Below are positions 21,393-24,674 of a stretch of 24,674 nucleotides of DNA, piece by piece; the first letter of the stretch is position 1, and each line of letters begins with the position of its first letter. The stretch lies in contig NW_021836285.1 of assembly GCF_006345805.1 (NCBI RefSeq), positions 1 to 24,674 on the forward strand. Reading direction: 5' to 3'. This stretch comes from Octopus sinensis. Its lineage: Eukaryota. The notes under the pieces are model-generated. The model searched no databases. It was not told the origin of the DNA and saw only the letters and a program-made list of their open reading frames with translations. Both the position numbers and the translations under genes were made by a program.

Positions 21393-21438
21393 GTGATGCT
21401 GACAAGCCATAAAAAGGCGAAACATTGATGTCCTTCAC
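21393..21438 (+). ncRNA. Type I hammerhead motif with G8A core change (probably inactivated)
   Basis: gtgatg-CTGACAA-GCC-ataaaaa-GGC-GAAAC-attgat-GTC^-cttcac. Stem I is 5/6 paired; stem III is ACAT/ATGT. Confidence 0.6.
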
Positions 21439-22476
21439 TCCGAAATGGGATTTGAGAGTGAGTTATCTCACCTGTCCATGACTAAGATTTTAACACCGGA
21501 TGAGAAAGAACTGAGTTAATGATAGTTAAGTCATCCATTTTTCCAGCGGATTTAAAAACTTTGGGCCAGACTTGAAGAATGAGTCGAGTTTCTTTTTTTT
21601 CTTTTGGCTTTGTTGATGTTGTTACAACACCACTTGTTCACTTAATTTAATACGTGAAGTCTATTTAGATGACTGGAACTTTATTGTAGCGACTGAACAA
21701 AATTGGAACTTTGAACACAAAAACCTGAAAAATACTGCATGATATTTAGTCAAATTCTCTAACTACTTTTCTAGTCCACCACACTTGAAGTTCTGCGCTG
21801 ATTCGAACTATCTGCGTTCTTGATTGAATATTCTTCTATGAAAGTCAAAATAAGAGGAAGTCGTCTGCTCTCCGATTTCTCATTACCAACGGCTGCATAG
21901 AACAGCTATGCAGATCAGCATCCTACAAATAGGCAGCTAGTAACACATATTTCGTTTTCCTTGCAACTTCAATAAGTTTCACGAACATTGAAAACATGAA
22001 TGAATTCACACTTTACGCTCACAACTCTATTTTCAGCTTTAGCAGCTATTACAGTTTACAAATCACTGCATTTTATAGTTTGCCAGCCATTTTGCAGCTT
22101 TATTACTTTAAACCGACATCATTTTGCTTCTATTGTTACACATTCTTCTTCGTTCGTTGCAACAAGAAAAACTGAACTACGAAAGAAACGTTCATTCAGC
22201 TGGTGCCACACGAAACGCATGATTAACTGAATAAATCAGCTAGCTTTCTGAAAGGATTTCATTCAAAGGCAACGAAATTATCTGCTTTAAACTGTGACAT
22301 TCAAAAGGATCTCTCATAAATATCCAAATATAAAACTATTCTTTCATAAATATATTGTCTCTGAAAAAAGTTATGTACCGCTACTTTTATCTAAAGAGAT
22401 AAACTTTCGAATTTAATTCATGAACTGCTGTGTTTACTTTTTTACTTAGCAGTCCTCTATAGTTCATGAACTACTA

Positions 22477-22529
<53 letters not shown>

Positions 22530-22676
22530 TTACATACTTACATACACACATGCATCACAACATATGCGTATGTATGTGTATATATATATATATATCATTT
22601 ATTGTGTTAAGATAAGAGCTACAACTGATAGTTTCTTACCATTAAGACACGTGGTATGGGCAGCTTTTTATCATGT

Positions 22677-22951
22677 TGTTGTGGCGAGAGTACGACACCC
22701 TCTGATGAGAATAGACGGGGCAACTACATATGAACAGTAGCGGGCTGACGTAGTCGGCAATTCATAGTTTGGTTTTCGAAATCCAGTTACAGTTCGCAGT
22801 TCAAGTTAGTGTGTTGGAAATATTGATTGCTTGTTCGTTACGTATTTGTTACTGCCGCTGATTCCATTTTGTATTGTTATAACACTGTTATAACTATCTA
22901 TCGCCGACAATATCAACCGAATTACGATATTGGAGGCGTAAGGATATAACA
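22677..22951 (+). mobile_element. Putative 5' LTR of a Ty3/Gypsy element
   Basis: TGTTGTG...TATAACA termini, directly followed by a PBS-like sequence and gag. The 5' boundary is inferred because there is no second LTR to compare. Confidence 0.55.
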
Positions 22952-22953
22952 AC

Positions 22954-22964
22954 TGGCAACGAGG
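22954..22964 (+). promoter_or_regulatory. Primer-binding-site-like TGGCAACGAGG
   Basis: TGG starts 2 nt after the LTR-like ACA end, and the sequence resembles the TGGCGACGAG PBS of Gypsy elements. The tRNA is not assigned. Confidence 0.6.
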
Positions 22965-23024
22965 ATTTTTGGAAGCTCACGTAAGTTATTTGATAATTTG
23001 TGCGTCATACAAATTGGTTAAATT

Positions 23025-23750
23025 ATGGAGAACCTATTAACCACAGTAATACAGCTTCAAGAGAAGCAACAGGAACAACAACTACAGGAGTTGCAGAAGC
23101 AAATATTACAACAACAACAACAACAGTTCATTGAGTTACAGTGAAGGAAGTCAGAAAGTTCGATTACGCCAGACGGCGTGACGAACTCGATTTCTAAATT
23201 CACTTATAATCCGGAGGATGGTATTACGCTTCCTGCGTACTATAGAAGGTACGAGGAATATTTTTAACAAAGTTTGCAAGTCATGGTCGGATGAGGAAAA
23301 AGTGAGGTTATTACTGCGCAAGGCTGCTCCCGCCGAACATGAACGCTACTGTAACTTTATATTGCCCAAAAAGTCGAGTGAGATTTGTTTCCACGAAACT
23401 ATTGAATTACTATCAAAGATCTTTTGCGATAATAGTTCATTATTTAACACTAGCATGGAGTGTTGGAACTTAACAAAAAATGACGATGATGACTTTATTA
23501 CATACGCCGGATTGGTCAACCGTAAGTGTGAAAAATTTAAACTTCAGGAACTCACTCCAGATGTGTTAAATCCCTTATGTTCGTACAAGGCCTTACAGCA
23601 ACCGAAGGTAGAGAAATTCGGGCAAAAACTCTCTCAAAAATGGAGCAAACGAACCAAGACTTAACCCTACAGACCATTGCAGAAGAATGTCAATGGTAAA
23701 TTTGAATGACGACATGAAAAATATTCAAGAGAAAGATACCGCAAAAATTC
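23025..23750 (+). pseudogene. Gypsy gag-like N-terminal fragment, disrupted and 3'-truncated
   Basis: MENLL..polyQ..FTYNPEDGITLPAYYRRYEE/IFNK..WSDEEKVRLLLRK..EHERYCNFILPKK..FHETIELL..LFN..LTKNDDDDFITYAGLVNRKCEKFKL../MFVQGL..EIRAK..LTLQTIAEECQ. Confidence 0.8.
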
Positions 23751-23778
23751 AGATGTCCCGACCCGGAAATATACATAC

Positions 23779-23830
<52 letters not shown>

Positions 23831-23833
<3 letters not shown>

Positions 23834-24027
23834 TAATCCAAACATGAAAGCACAAAAAAACACAACAACAGGACGTGGAACGAGTATAGTATTATTGGAC
23901 GCTCAGGAAAGAAGGAAAGAATGAGGGTTTTACGTTTCGAGCGGAGCTCTTCGTCGGAAACATAGAAGAAAGATCCAGAGAAGGGTGACAGAGGAAAAAA
24001 TTCGCCAACGGTACACACCAGCAGTCA
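23831..24027 (-). mobile_element. Solo pseudo-LTR-like unit related to 1142-1540, between TA tracts
   Basis: It shares gtatta..acgctcagg and ttttacgtttcgagc...gctcttc with the 1.1-1.5 kb units. Confidence 0.65.
23927..23961 (-). ncRNA. Minimal type I hammerhead motif, CCGACGA core
   Basis: gttt-CCGACGA-A-GAGC-tcc-GCTC-GAAAC-GTA^-aaac. Confidence 0.75.
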
Positions 24028-24539
<512 letters not shown>

Positions 24540-24584
24540 TGGTTTTGATTTCCAAAACTTGACTAACATAGCTTTGTTTGACTT

Positions 24585-24674
24585 GAGTCTACAGTGGAAG
24601 AGATTTGCTGAAGGCGCCACGCACTGGCTTCGAATAGAACCCAGAACTACGTTACAGAATTGCAAACCAAACTT
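24585..24674 (-). mobile_element. Degenerate SINE family A fragment
   Basis: gagatttgctgaaggcgccacgcactgg...gaacccagaactacg resembles gacacttgcccaaggtgccacgcagtggg...gaacccggaaccatg. Confidence 0.5.

Noticed and set aside
21893-21913. 8-bp hairpin ctgcatag-aacag-ctatgcag
   Set aside because: An isolated short palindrome, expected occasionally by chance.

Overview
AT-rich, microsatellite-dense animal genomic DNA. The tRNA-derived SINE families resemble those I know from octopod cephalopods (inference, no database check). The window is mostly transposable elements: at least four tRNA-derived SINE types, a near full-length but inactivated Tx1/L1-like LINE (~12.5-17.7 kb, minus), an open 489-aa Penelope-like (PLE) ORF with RT-thumb and GIY-YIG but no RT catalytic core (18162-19631, minus), RTE and HERO-like LINE fragments, a Gypsy LTR+PBS+gag fragment, two TIR MITEs and a Helitron-like element. 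Two things are missing from the ORF track. First, ten type-I minimal hammerhead ribozyme (HHR) motifs from several unrelated sequence families, plus two weak candidates. Most sit in short elements embedded in (TA)n tracts. They occur as solo units, a tandem pair and two long inverted repeats (one a spacer-less 456-bp palindrome), and several have non-canonical cores (CCGAUGA, CCGACGA, CUGUNGA). Second, a 198-bp, frame-preserving candidate host exon on the minus strand (11002-11199), which would make much of the window intronic. All calls come from manual reading and translation; no searches or folding programs were run.
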